61,787 bases of DNA from Girardia tigrina (Eukaryota). Where the stretch lies: positions 1 through 61,787 of the forward strand of contig MQRK01212633.1 in NCBI GenBank assembly GCA_001938485.1, read 5' to 3'. Numbering within the stretch: the stretch's first letter is position 1; each line of letters opens with the position of its first letter. Below, in pieces: positions 36,843 to 48,216 of this stretch. Both the position numbers and the translations under genes were made by a program. Below the pieces are notes generated by a model. It searched no databases, had not been told where the DNA came from, and worked only from the letters and a program-made list of their open reading frames with translations.

Positions 36843-39800
36843 CATATTTCTGAATTAATAGAAACTGCCATTTTTTTAAATTTATTTTAAAACACGTTTT
36901 GTAAACTGTTTAAATACAGATATTTAAACAAAATAATTTCTTTTTATTTCGTGGAACTTTCAATTTTTTATACATTTTAAAGCGAAATAAATTTAAAATA
37001 TTTATCATATAAACATTGATATTTATTTTAATATTTTCATTTCTTTTAAACTTTTCTTTTTTTCAAATATATCCACCTTTAAATTTCCCACTAAGTTTTT
37101 AAAGTCCTAAACTACTTTAAATTTCTACTATTTCTTACAACTTTTTTTTTGTTAAAGTTACACGTTTTATGATTTTAAATTTAGACTTTATAAAATTTCT
37201 ATTTTTATTTTATCTTTTTATACTTTCCACATTTTTCAAAAAGTTTTTACCTCGTTAGTGATTTTTTAACAAGTGTCTTTTACAGGTCTGAATTAAGAAA
37301 AGTTCTTGGAAGAAATGAGAGTGTGATTGTTGTTGATTTTACGATGAAATTAATTTTGATTCACTTAAAAAAGTGTTCGTTTTTGAAGAAATTAAAAGTG
37401 TTTTTGATCAAAGTTTCAAGATCAATAACGCAATCTTCTAAAATTAGTAATAAAAGTTACGTTAAGAATTTAAAAGATTATAAAGCATGTTTTAATGCTT
37501 TGGTGAGTGGTCGAAGTTCAAAAAATCAAATAAAACGTGATTCAGTAAAATGATTTGAATTACGATCCACAGTTTAGAAAGGCGTTGATGTGGTATTTTA
37601 AATATTCTAACAAATTAGTAAATATAACTTCTTCTTGTTAAAATTCATCTATCTGATGGAAATTTTCAAAGAAAACCATTGAAACAAAGGAATTTATAAA
37701 TTCTACCAATTGTAAATTTCTTCAAGGGTTCCAGACCCTCGATCCTTCTTTAAATATCGAAGATGCTCAGGAAGAAAGAGTTGAAAAACCGGTTGAAGGA
37801 TTCCCACCTGTGCCTAAGCCCATGATTAGTTATTTATCATAGTTTCCCCACGGGTCCGCAACCTACGTTGCGGTGCAGCTGCCTTGAAACTGCTGCTGCT
37901 CTTCTATGAACGATCATTCTCACAGTATACACAAATATAAATTGACCATAATAACTTACTATAAAAAATGGACTCAGTAACATTTGAAAGAGATATCAAA
38001 CAACGTTAGGGTTCCAAGGAATCATTCCTTTGGAGTAGGTTATCTAAATTTTCATTGTGTACGACTAAAATATACCTTATTAGTATTATAAAACACATAA
38101 TCTACCCTGTAAATTGTTTAAATAAAAAGATATTACACATACATTTTAAGTCTGAAAAACAATTCCAAATTACACAAAAATTATAAAAAAATAATATTAA
38201 ATTAGTAATCACAATATTATATAAATACTTCAATTTAATTAATATTATTAATAAATAAAATGCTTTACTAACATGTGATGACTTCATTTATTGGTGCCTG
38301 TAAGATATTTTTCAAGGGGTTGCAAAATAAACATTTTTTATATTGAAAAATGAAATAAAAACTTTTATTATTTTTTATTCATATATTTCTTTATTATTTC
38401 ATTTTAATGTCACCAAAACTTTTAAAAAGAGTAAATATAATCAGCTGATTTATTGAAAAAGGTTTTTTATATTTAAGTATTCAATATCCTTCAACTATTT
38501 CATTATAATTTTTAGATTTCTCCGTGAAATAAATATTTTTTTCATTTTATAAATAAGACTTTTTCCACGGGGGCCCCTACATATACATCACTTTGAGAAC
38601 CAATGAATACATTTCTGTTTCTTTACCTCCTGAAATAATTTGTTCTAAATAACTAGAATTTATAATTTTTGTAAAAAATACAATAAAATAATTTATAACT
38701 AATATAAATTTGTCTCTATCAAAAGTAAAGTGTCGTGCTGTTTTCTACAATTGTCTTTCTTCAATAGAAAAAGTTCTTCATTAAAAAGAAAACAAATAAA
38801 ATTATTCACATTTTTTAAAACCAAAATATATTCGATTCTAAAATATATGGTTCAATTTATAAATATATTAATTTATATATTTAAAAGATAATTTTTTTTA
38901 TTTTTGATTTTTGTAAGAAATCGATTGTTAAACATATTCCGGAACTTCATTTTCAATCATCAGCAATTATTATTAAAAAAATGTTATATTTTACAAAGGT
39001 TGTTTTATGGGAATAATTTTTTATTTATTTCAATTATTGCAGATACTATTGGATAATAAGGACAAAATGCTTTAAAATTTATTTAAAGATTTTAAGATTT
39101 GAAACAGCATTATTTTGTCTATTTTGAACATTTATTAATGGATTTTAATGTAGTATTAACAATGATTCACAGAACAGCCGCTCATAGTGTGAGTCAAAGC
39201 CCTTTTGTAAAACAGAAAACTCATTCTTTGAAACAAAAGACATTATATTTTTACAACATAACCAATGATCAAGAACCTTACTCGATCGACTCATTTGCGA
39301 GTGCTCGCTAATCTGGGTTTTGAGATGACGATTTGTCTCTCCGATGATCGAGTTTTATACTCGTGACAATCAAATTTATAAACCAGATTAGCCCGCGGTC
39401 TGCAAATCATTTTCAATTTGCTTATTTATATTCTTGCTAATACTCTTCTTAACGCTTTAAATCCTTTTTATTATGGTATTTTGATTATTTGTTTGTGCTA
39501 TTCAATGTTTTCATCTTTTAGTTATTTTTTAACCAGTGTTTTTAACTAAAATATTCAAACCTTGATCTGCGATTAAAAACTTGGAAGATAAATTCCAAAT
39601 ACTGTGAACTAAGACTTTTGTCATGCCATCTCTATATTTCTCCTCACAAAAGCTCTGTGGTGTTGTGTAGAGACCTGTATCTGTTCTGTTTCTGTTTAAT
39701 TCAGTTTGATATTTTCCATTCATCTTAGTGATAAAGAACAAAAAGACATGGAAGTTTGTTAATTACGTTAGAATATATAATAAAGTTAATATTAGAATGA

Positions 39801-40408
39801 AGACCAAACGAGAAGGTTAAGAATGGTTCTACCAAGGATTGGTTATTAAAAACAAGAAAAATGTCATCTACATATCTCTTATACAATACAAGTTTTTCCC
39901 AATGGTATGTATCAATTTCCTACTGAAGAGAATTTGAAAAATTTCTACAAACGTTGGTGCTAACCACTTAGAACTTCATCGTTAAAAAGAAATGATACAT
40001 TTTTGGCAGAAATTTTAAGAAGTTTCTTCATTGCGACTTTGCATGTTTAAAGAACTTCATTCACAGATTCAGAATTATCATCTCATAATTTTTCCTATAA
40101 TTCAATAGTTTTTGTCAGTTCTTTGAATCCTTATTAATACACTACAATCCAATAATAAACATTTTAAATGGACAAAATAAGATCGTTTCAAATTCTAAAA
40201 TTTTGAATAAAATTTTAAAAACATTGTGTCGTGATTATTCAATGATATCTTAATAATTAAAATAAATTATAAAGTTATTACCTTACAATTAAATTTTGAT
40301 ATAAATAACATTAAAACCAAAAAAATACTAAATTAAAAATGATGATAATGAATAAGAAAATTCCGAAAAAGTATTATTCAAAAATATAAAATTAGAGTTT
40401 ATAAGACT

Positions 40409-40413
<5 letters not shown>

Positions 40414-40450
<37 letters not shown>
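40414..40450. repeat. (AT)n microsatellite
   Basis: Directly visible. Confidence 0.95.
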
Positions 40451-40453
<3 letters not shown>

Positions 40454-41049
40454 TGTATAAATTTAAGAATAAAAAAAATATAATATGTGTAGATCAGTAA
40501 ATATTTCCATTAAAAAGTTAAATCCTTTCAGCTTTAAATAAAAGGAAATTTACCAAGACAAATTTATTATAAAATAATTATATTATTTTTTTAATATTTT
40601 AACAGATTTTTTTTCATATTAATGTATTTTACGTTGAAATATTTTACAATAAAAGAGATTTTTTGAATAATAATTTTATAAATAAAATGATAAAATAATT
40701 TGATTTTTCAGTTTTATTTGAGAATACTTTCTTTGAGAAAATTTTTCATAATGTTATTATAAACGAAAATCAATCAGACATTTAATTTTCAATTATTTTA
40801 TTTTTATAAAACGAAAATATTTTTAAAATATTTTTTCAATAACTTTTAACAGAAAATGTCATTTTTTAAGAGTTTTTGTAAAGGACTCAAGATTATTTTT
40901 TACATTTTTATTAAAAATATTTAAGTGTAATAATAAAAACCTTTGATATATGTAAAATATTACTATATTGTTATTGTTAAATGACGTCAAAATAAAAGAA
41001 AACATTTAAGAAATTTTTTATGCAAAATATGTTGTAACATTAATCAGCT

Positions 41050-41750
41050 TGGACGTTGATGCAACCATGGTCTTAAGTTCATGCTGAGTGGCTTATAATG
41101 GTCCAGGGACTTCAATCTGTTGAGGTTGGTTGAATGCTTTGAAGAAATTTTTACTTCACATTCTTTTCTTACTATTCTCACAGAGACTTACTTGTAATCC
41201 ACTATTTATCGATTGATGCTGCTATCAACTTGTACTGCGTAAGCAACACAATCCTGTAGCTTACGAGTGAGCTCCTTCAGAACTTCTCCAGCAACGATGA
41301 GTAGCATTTCTCGATAGCAGTTTGGGCCTCTGTAATTTATTGTCGATGGGGAGGGTTGAAATTCTTTCAATGGAGAAGTCATTTCATTCTCGTGAAAGAT
41401 GCTATTAATTGGATCGATGTACTCGAGCTAGATACATGGAGGGACAGCTGTTTACAGAAAGACTACTTATCAGACTGTCACTTTAAACGTCCACGGCGAG
41501 TTAGATAAGAAACTCCACAACTTCCGCGTGGTACTTTTGCTAACATTTCAGACAATGGTGATGGAAGACTGAATTTTCCACTGCACTTTTAAATCTAAAT
41601 GTCGCACTGCTACCATTATTGCACCATTCTAAAGTATTGTGAGAAGTGCTGATAATAAATTCTTCTGTTGCAAAGGAGCAAAGATATGTGTTTGTAGTTG
41701 CGTCGTCTGCTATAACAGCAACGGTTAAGGCTTCTGTTGTTGCAAAAGCA
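41050..41750 (-). mobile_element. Heavily decayed non-LTR reverse transcriptase (R2/NeSL-like)
   Basis: GC-richer island. Ordered remnants LDLK.A ... KQ.CP.SMYL...YIDP ... DYK(YL) with many frameshifts. Confidence 0.45.
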
Positions 41751-42020
41751 TCAGGTTATCATCACAAAAATAGAAAGGTAGTTTAAAAAATTGGTTGTAA
41801 AAAATTTGCCCCTCGAGTCTATCATTTTTATCTTAGGCAGGGAGGGCATTTTTGGTCTCTGGGGGGTCAATTTGTGTAAAAGGTCCTGTTTCAATCAGGT
41901 GGACTAACAATCACCGAGACTAACAATATTCATAAATATATCAATTAGACATATAATCTATAATTCGAATTCATCTAGTTTATTTATTTATATCTTATGT
42001 TTATTGAAAGTTGTAACAAT

Positions 42021-42842
42021 ATGAAAATTCATGAGAACGGTCTCTGTATTTAAGCTAAAGTCAAAACGATAATGATTGAACCAATACTTAATAAGAAATT
42101 AAAAAAATAATGGCAAATTTTTATGATAATCAACAACGCCATTCATAAATTCAAAATTCATTTATTCAAAATGTTTTATTATGCTTCTTTTGTCTACGTT
42201 TATTGAAAAATACTGCGAAATATGCATATGTTGACTTCAATATATACGTAAAAATTTTAGTAAAAACTGGAAATTTATATTATTTGTTTCTAAATTTATT
42301 GATTAAATAACAAGTGTTGATTTTACAAAAAGCCATCCTTATGTTCTAGGTTTCAAATTCTGGGATGGTGTAAAATATATTGTTCAAAATGTTTTGTTTT
42401 CGGCAAATGCATATTGAGAGCAGTTTCATCCTTCTTTATAAAATTTGCCAGGAACGTTGTTCTGACTGAACCCAAGCGGTTTCAAATCATTTTATCAGTC
42501 TAGATGATTTGAACGAATCCGGAGCACAGTTTTCTAATACCTATGAATTTCAATTTAGTTTATGCTGTACCAGCACGGATGTTGAGCTTCATTGACAGGA
42601 TTTTTCTGGTAATTTGACGCTCTTCTTGGACCATCATCTCCAAAACTTTCTTGTGGTCAACCTAATTTTTCTAGATCAAAAACGGAAGTGCAACAATATA
42701 TTGCGATAATAAAATTTAGTTTTATGAATGACGTTGTTGATTATCATAAAAATTTGCCATTATTTTTTAAATTTCTTATTAAGTATTAGTTCAATCATTT
42801 GATTTTAGTTTAAATACAGAGACCATTCTCATGAATTATCAT
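42021..42842. repeat. Inverted repeat, arms about 135 bp
   Basis: 42021-42158 is the reverse complement of 42711-42842. The arms contain aaaaatttgccattattttttaaattt, also found in the PLE tail at about 48262. Confidence 0.9.
42400..42655 (-). pseudogene. Mariner transposase HTH relic
   Basis: KVLEMMVQEERQITRKILSMKLNIRAGT...GIRKLCSGFVQII*TD resembles DRRIT...GMRKLCARWVPxLLT. Confidence 0.65.
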
Positions 42843-44988
42843 TTGCAGAATCATTGAAACATTTCCAAGTCTCAATTTTTATCTTCATGGTTAAAAATTT
42901 TATCTCAAATTGCAAGGTCTCCTTCTATGTTGCACTTGACTGACGAACCAAACATCGACGTAGTAAAAATCTAATGTGAAAATGAATAAATCAACTGGAA
43001 CAACGTTCTGTAAATTATGTGATAAATGATAATGGAATTCGAAAGACATTTCAGTTTAAATGTTTAATGACGACTTTTTGTTCATACTCTTAGTACTAAT
43101 TAGGTCAAACATAGAACATGAAGTCGAAATGTTCGCCCTTACTCAAACTATATTTTCATCATTATCAATGTATTTAAAGGCATTATTATTTTAAAAACAC
43201 TTAAAACATTAATGACTAAATATATGATATAAGTACTAAAATAAACGTAATTTAAAATGCTTTGCATATAAAAAATAATCTTTTTCAGATATCATGTCTC
43301 GCGAGTGAAATATAAGTTGAACTACTTTCAGTTATTAGAAGATTGTTATGATCTCATTGCCTGAATGGAGGTTGTGACTTTTATCAAAGAAAAAGAATGT
43401 AATTCAATAACAATAGATTGCCATTAGTTTAATAGGGGGTACACAGATAAAATTTTATTTATAATAAGACCATTGATAAGGTACGTTAGTTGAATATTAT
43501 CTTACAAGTATTTTTCTAATTTATATGCTACGCATTTTTAAATATAACAAATTTGTTAGAAACAGAAATTATTATATTTTAAAAATAATTCTGTAATTAA
43601 AAACTCAACCAAGATTGAAATCCATTCAAAAGTAGAACACCAATTTATATGTAAACTTAAATCATAATAGATACAAGCTAAAATTTTGATAGGTAATTAT
43701 TGTATGGTTTAATTTAAATTAAATTAATTTATTTATGGGAATTTAGTTAAATAACACCTTTCTGGCGACATAATCTTTAAATGACTTAATAAACCCCCCT
43801 ATGTTTTCACCAAAGTAAACGGATTTCTAGGAAGCCGATAATATCGAAGAGTTTTAAAGTATCAAAATTTAAGTTATTATATGAGTCTAATATATGTTAT
43901 GGATCAAGCAGGATCAGAAGGTTGTTGATCAAATTCAATTACATTCTCCCGGCCTAGTGAATCAAAAATTTTGGTAAACTCTAAATCATTCAATTGTGAG
44001 GATCTGGCGTACTCTTAAAACTTTTGACTATTTAAAATAAGCAAATATCTAAAATCAAAAGTTCTTGAAACGAGTTTTAATTAAAAATATCTCTAATTAA
44101 TTTTAAAAAGTAATTCTCAAAAATAAATTTTATTTAATAAAAATGTAATTTTTCAATAGATAATTTTTCAAGTATTAAAGCCATTTGAAAATGAGGTAAA
44201 TTTAAAATTATTTGTAAATAATTAATTTTTTAATACAGTTGATTTTTTTTTTAAAAATAAAACAACTATTAAAAATTTTATAATTAATATATAAATATTT
44301 GTAATTATAAATTAAAATTTATATATGGATATTTATAATAAAATTTTGATATCTGGTTTTGTGCAAAATAAGAAAATATTGTTTCTCGTAAATTTATTTG
44401 GAAATAGTTAAATTTCATAGAAATAAATATTTGGTGTTATGAATCCTATTCTTGACCACGGACCCAACATCAATAAAATGACTTTCAAGTTTCAAACCGC
44501 GATAGATGGTTCGAAAAATTATTTAGACCGAAAACAATCTCGCTAGAGTGAAATATTGCGACATCACCTTTAAAGTTGTCCTGATTTCCCAAATAAGTGA
44601 GCGATTCTATAATACAAATGCACTTCATAAGCAAATGGATAAATCTGACGTGTTTTGCTTAATCACTTTTCGCCCGAGATTCTCGACTTGTTGATCTTGT
44701 CTTCAAGAAACCAATATTTATCAGCAACAACATTGTTTTCCCCTCAAACAAACATAATTCGATTAAAACCAGCGGTAATGACTGTTAGAAAGAATAGTCC
44801 AATAGGTCCGTAATGATAGTTTTAAGTGTAATATTTTCGTGTTAATGGATGCTTTATTTGTCGGTAAAAATCAATATCAACATATTTTCTAGTGTCATAT
44901 CCACATACTCCATTAAATGTCATTTTTAATTACATTTTTGTAAATCGGCAATTAGAGAACGGATGAATATTTCGAATTTCCACAGATT

Positions 44989-45560
44989 GTATGTTATTTT
45001 AGGATTGTGTTTCTCCTGCCAAGATGGAAGATTGATATTTTGAATGATTTCAACCCTCGGATTAATCCGGAAATTTCGAAATGTAAATGACAACTTTAAA
45101 TTAAATTAATTTACTTTCATATAAATATTAAAAAAATGACGATAATGAATTTTTAAAAGTCAAAAAATTTTCGTCAGAATATATTGTGATTAATTTCGAC
45201 GAATCAACCGTCATCATCAGACTGAATTAAAAATGATATACTCGCGTTTATATATTTTTTTTAATTTACTTTAATCAATAAATATATAATAATATTTTAA
45301 TAGTCGATTGTAACACAAAAATTTATTTAATCATGGATAATGTATTTCAAATGATTTAAAATATTTTTGAAAATAATTTTTAAATATTTTAGTAAGAAAT
45401 TGTAATTTAGATTTGTTCGAATAATTAGAGGTTTAGAAATAGAATTAAAATATATCAATCATTTTAAATGTTTAACTACAAAAGTTATATAGAGAATTGT
45501 CCTGGAGGCAAGGCGAGTTGTGATGTCAATGAAAGTATTGGAAATCAGTTCAATGACTAT
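44989..45560 (+). repeat. LTR-family copy, 5'-truncated, interrupted by an antisense PLE pseudo-LTR
   Basis: gtatgttattttaggattgtgtttctcc...agatggaagattg (44989-45060) and the 3' block 45410-45560, with the hammerhead at 45188-45220 between them. Confidence 0.65.
45188..45222 (-). ncRNA. Minimal hammerhead ribozyme motif, intact catalytic core
   Basis: CTGATGA T GACGG-TTGAT-TCGTC GAAA TTAA TC; AUC triplet; palindromic ATTAAT at stem III. Stem I is weak. Confidence 0.75.
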
Positions 45561-46824
45561 TCAACACATACTTATTAATTCGACACATATTAGTTAATAG
45601 ACTTATAAATGAAATGAGATATTTTCCTTGTAACTAGACATTTTTTAAAACTCATTTTAATTTATATATATTGGTAAAGCTCCTCAAAGCTCATTATTTT
45701 GGTCAAACATTTTGATTCGCAGCAACGATACCCTACACAGTTGATGGAGCAGATAGTGATTGAATAGATTTACATTCCATGTTAAAACATGAGCCATTTT
45801 AGTGATTTTTTTCTATTTCCTTTATGATAATCATTATATTTAATGGAATATTTATTGCCGGTAATGAATAGACCTAGTTATTAACATACGAAAATAATAT
45901 TATATATTATATTTAATTTCCACAGATTTATAAATTATTAAAATATATACATTTAATTTAAAATTTAAAGAAAAGCAAATTAATATTTTTTTGTAAAATT
46001 AATAAAACAAATTAATTTTATAGTAATTTACACTAATGATATAAATCGAGTTAATTATAAAGTAAAAATAATTCGTGTTAATTAATAAATAAAATTAATT
46101 AATTTTATTTAAAAATGCAACTTACAAAAATTCAATTATTTTAAGTCGGAAAATCTGTTTTCGAAATACAATTATTTAATTACAAAATATAATGAAAAAT
46201 TTTTTTTTAAATTTATTTATTAAATTAAAACATAATTAAATTTTAAATATTTAAGATAATTATATATTAAAACATTTGTATGAATTAGAAAAAATAATAA
46301 TAAATCAATAAATTAACATCAAATTTATTGTCATCAAACCAAAATTTATATTCATTTTAATCAATTTATTGTTTTGAGACAAACAAAAAGTATAAATTTA
46401 TCCAATTTTATTTTATATTTTGATATAGATGTTTTTTTCAAAGGAAAGTTTTAAATGATCAAAATATTTTTCAAAGTTCCGTATTTTATTTTCCAATTAT
46501 TATTTTTTTGTAATCTAAGAGATAAGAAGTAAATGTTTTAATAAATTAAAAACATTAAAAACTCACGAATCTCCAAATCTGTTTAGTACTTACAAGTTTA
46601 TATTTCAGTTCAATAAATTCAGTATTAAAACTAAGTTTCAGTCCAAAGTAGCATCCAAGATATAATAAATATTCTTAATCTATTGGTTTTTGGAGCCCTG
46701 GTTATTATTGATGGGTATGGCATTTTGTTCTTCATATCTCAGGAGATCAGTTATTGAGATATTACTATCAATATAGGACTCAATTTTTTTGCATTTTGTT
46801 CGCTGGTGCCAAGCCCTAATAAAA

Positions 46825-47000
46825 TACCTGATAATATGGTCATGGTAGATCTTCATAAAGAAAAGACCAATACTAATTTAGAGACAAAATGAATGTTTCA
46901 AACCAAGGGCAAAGGGTTGATATTGAAGGAAAATACAGCAAAGGAAGAAGATCGATTGAACCCGAAGACATGAAAAAAGTTAAAAAAAAAGACATGTAAA
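46825..47000 (+). mobile_element. Possible RTE-like LINE 3' relic
   Basis: YGH...VDIEGKYSKGRRSIEPED resembles VEGKRxRGRPxxxWxD. Confidence 0.3.
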
Positions 47001-47542
47001 AAGTTATTGGAGGTATACGATAAAGAATACGGAATGGTAAAATCCATTTACATTTTCTATCCAAATAGATGATTAATTTTTATTATCTCAAACAATTAAA
47101 AAACTACCCCAATTAGCCCTTAAGACCGGACAGTGGTAGCAGTGGCTCATTTGGATCGTTTAAACAATATCTTGGATTCATGGTTCTAGGCTCTTTGTGA
47201 AATTAATTTGTTCATCGAAGGAATCATAATTAATCGTGAAAATTACAATCGAGCAATTAAAGTTTCGTTTTTCAAAATCCATTTTTGAAAATTCCAGATT
47301 AAAAAGTCATACATTGAAAATTTCGTCAAAAATTAAATAATAAAAAAATTGTAAGTCCATACTAATTCAAAAAAAACTAAGAAAGAGTGACAAACAAGAA
47401 TTCAAATTAATTTTTTTAACTACGATTTGGTATTTTTTGTAAATTTTATTAATCAATTTGGAAAGCAATACTTTTTGTAATTTATTAAATTCATTTTTTT
47501 TATTAAAATCAAGAACGCCATTAAAAAATCAAATTTTATTGC

Positions 47543-47575
47543 AATATATTTCGGTATATTTTCCACCATCTTCAG
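47543..47575 (-). ncRNA. Hammerhead motif in inverted pLTR
   Basis: CTGAAGA T GGTGG-AAAAT-ATACC GAAA TATA TT. Confidence 0.75.
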
Positions 47576-48183
47576 GTTGAATTAACAAAATAATCTTATA
47601 TATAGCAAATTGATGATTATGCAAAATTTATTATGAAAATTCTAATATTAGATATACTCTAATCGTTCCTTATTCGGAAGGTTACTAAAAATTTAAATCT
47701 TCTATTTTAAAATCAATCGATAGAAAAAATTTGAATTTAAAAATTATTTCTAAATCTTACAATATTCAAAGTATGTTCAGCAATAAATCTCGTACTCCTT
47801 TGAGTTTATGTTCCAATCTGGTTTATCAATTTTCGTGTAATGGGTGCAACGCTACATACATTGGAGAGACGTCTCGTCATCTCTGCAAACGGATGCAGGA
47901 GCATGGACGATTGAGTAATGGGAGTAATAGTGAAGTAACATATGAAGGGTTGTAGATCGGAGGTGAAAACAACTAATTTTAACATATTGTGCAGTAATTT
48001 TAAAAATTATTGGGAAAGAGTTACTTGTGAAGCATTATTGATTAAATCACTTAATCCGTCCATTAATGTACAAACAAGTCTCTCTTTCTCTTTGTCGAAA
48101 ATATTTTATTAGTTATTACACAAGATGTTTGCATAATCATCAATTTGCTATATATAAGACAGCGAAATTGTTGTTTATTCAGC

Positions 48184-48216
48184 CTGAAGATGGTGGAAAA
48201 TCCACCGAAATATATT
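48184..48216 (+). ncRNA. Minimal hammerhead ribozyme motif, intact core
   Basis: CTGAAGA T GGTGG-AAAAT-CCACC GAAA TATA TT; perfect 5-bp stem II; palindromic ATATAT; AUU triplet. Confidence 0.8.

Noticed and set aside
37856-37873. Hairpin ccgcaac-ctac-gttgcgg as a Helitron 3' end
   Set aside because: No CTRR terminus at the expected distance.
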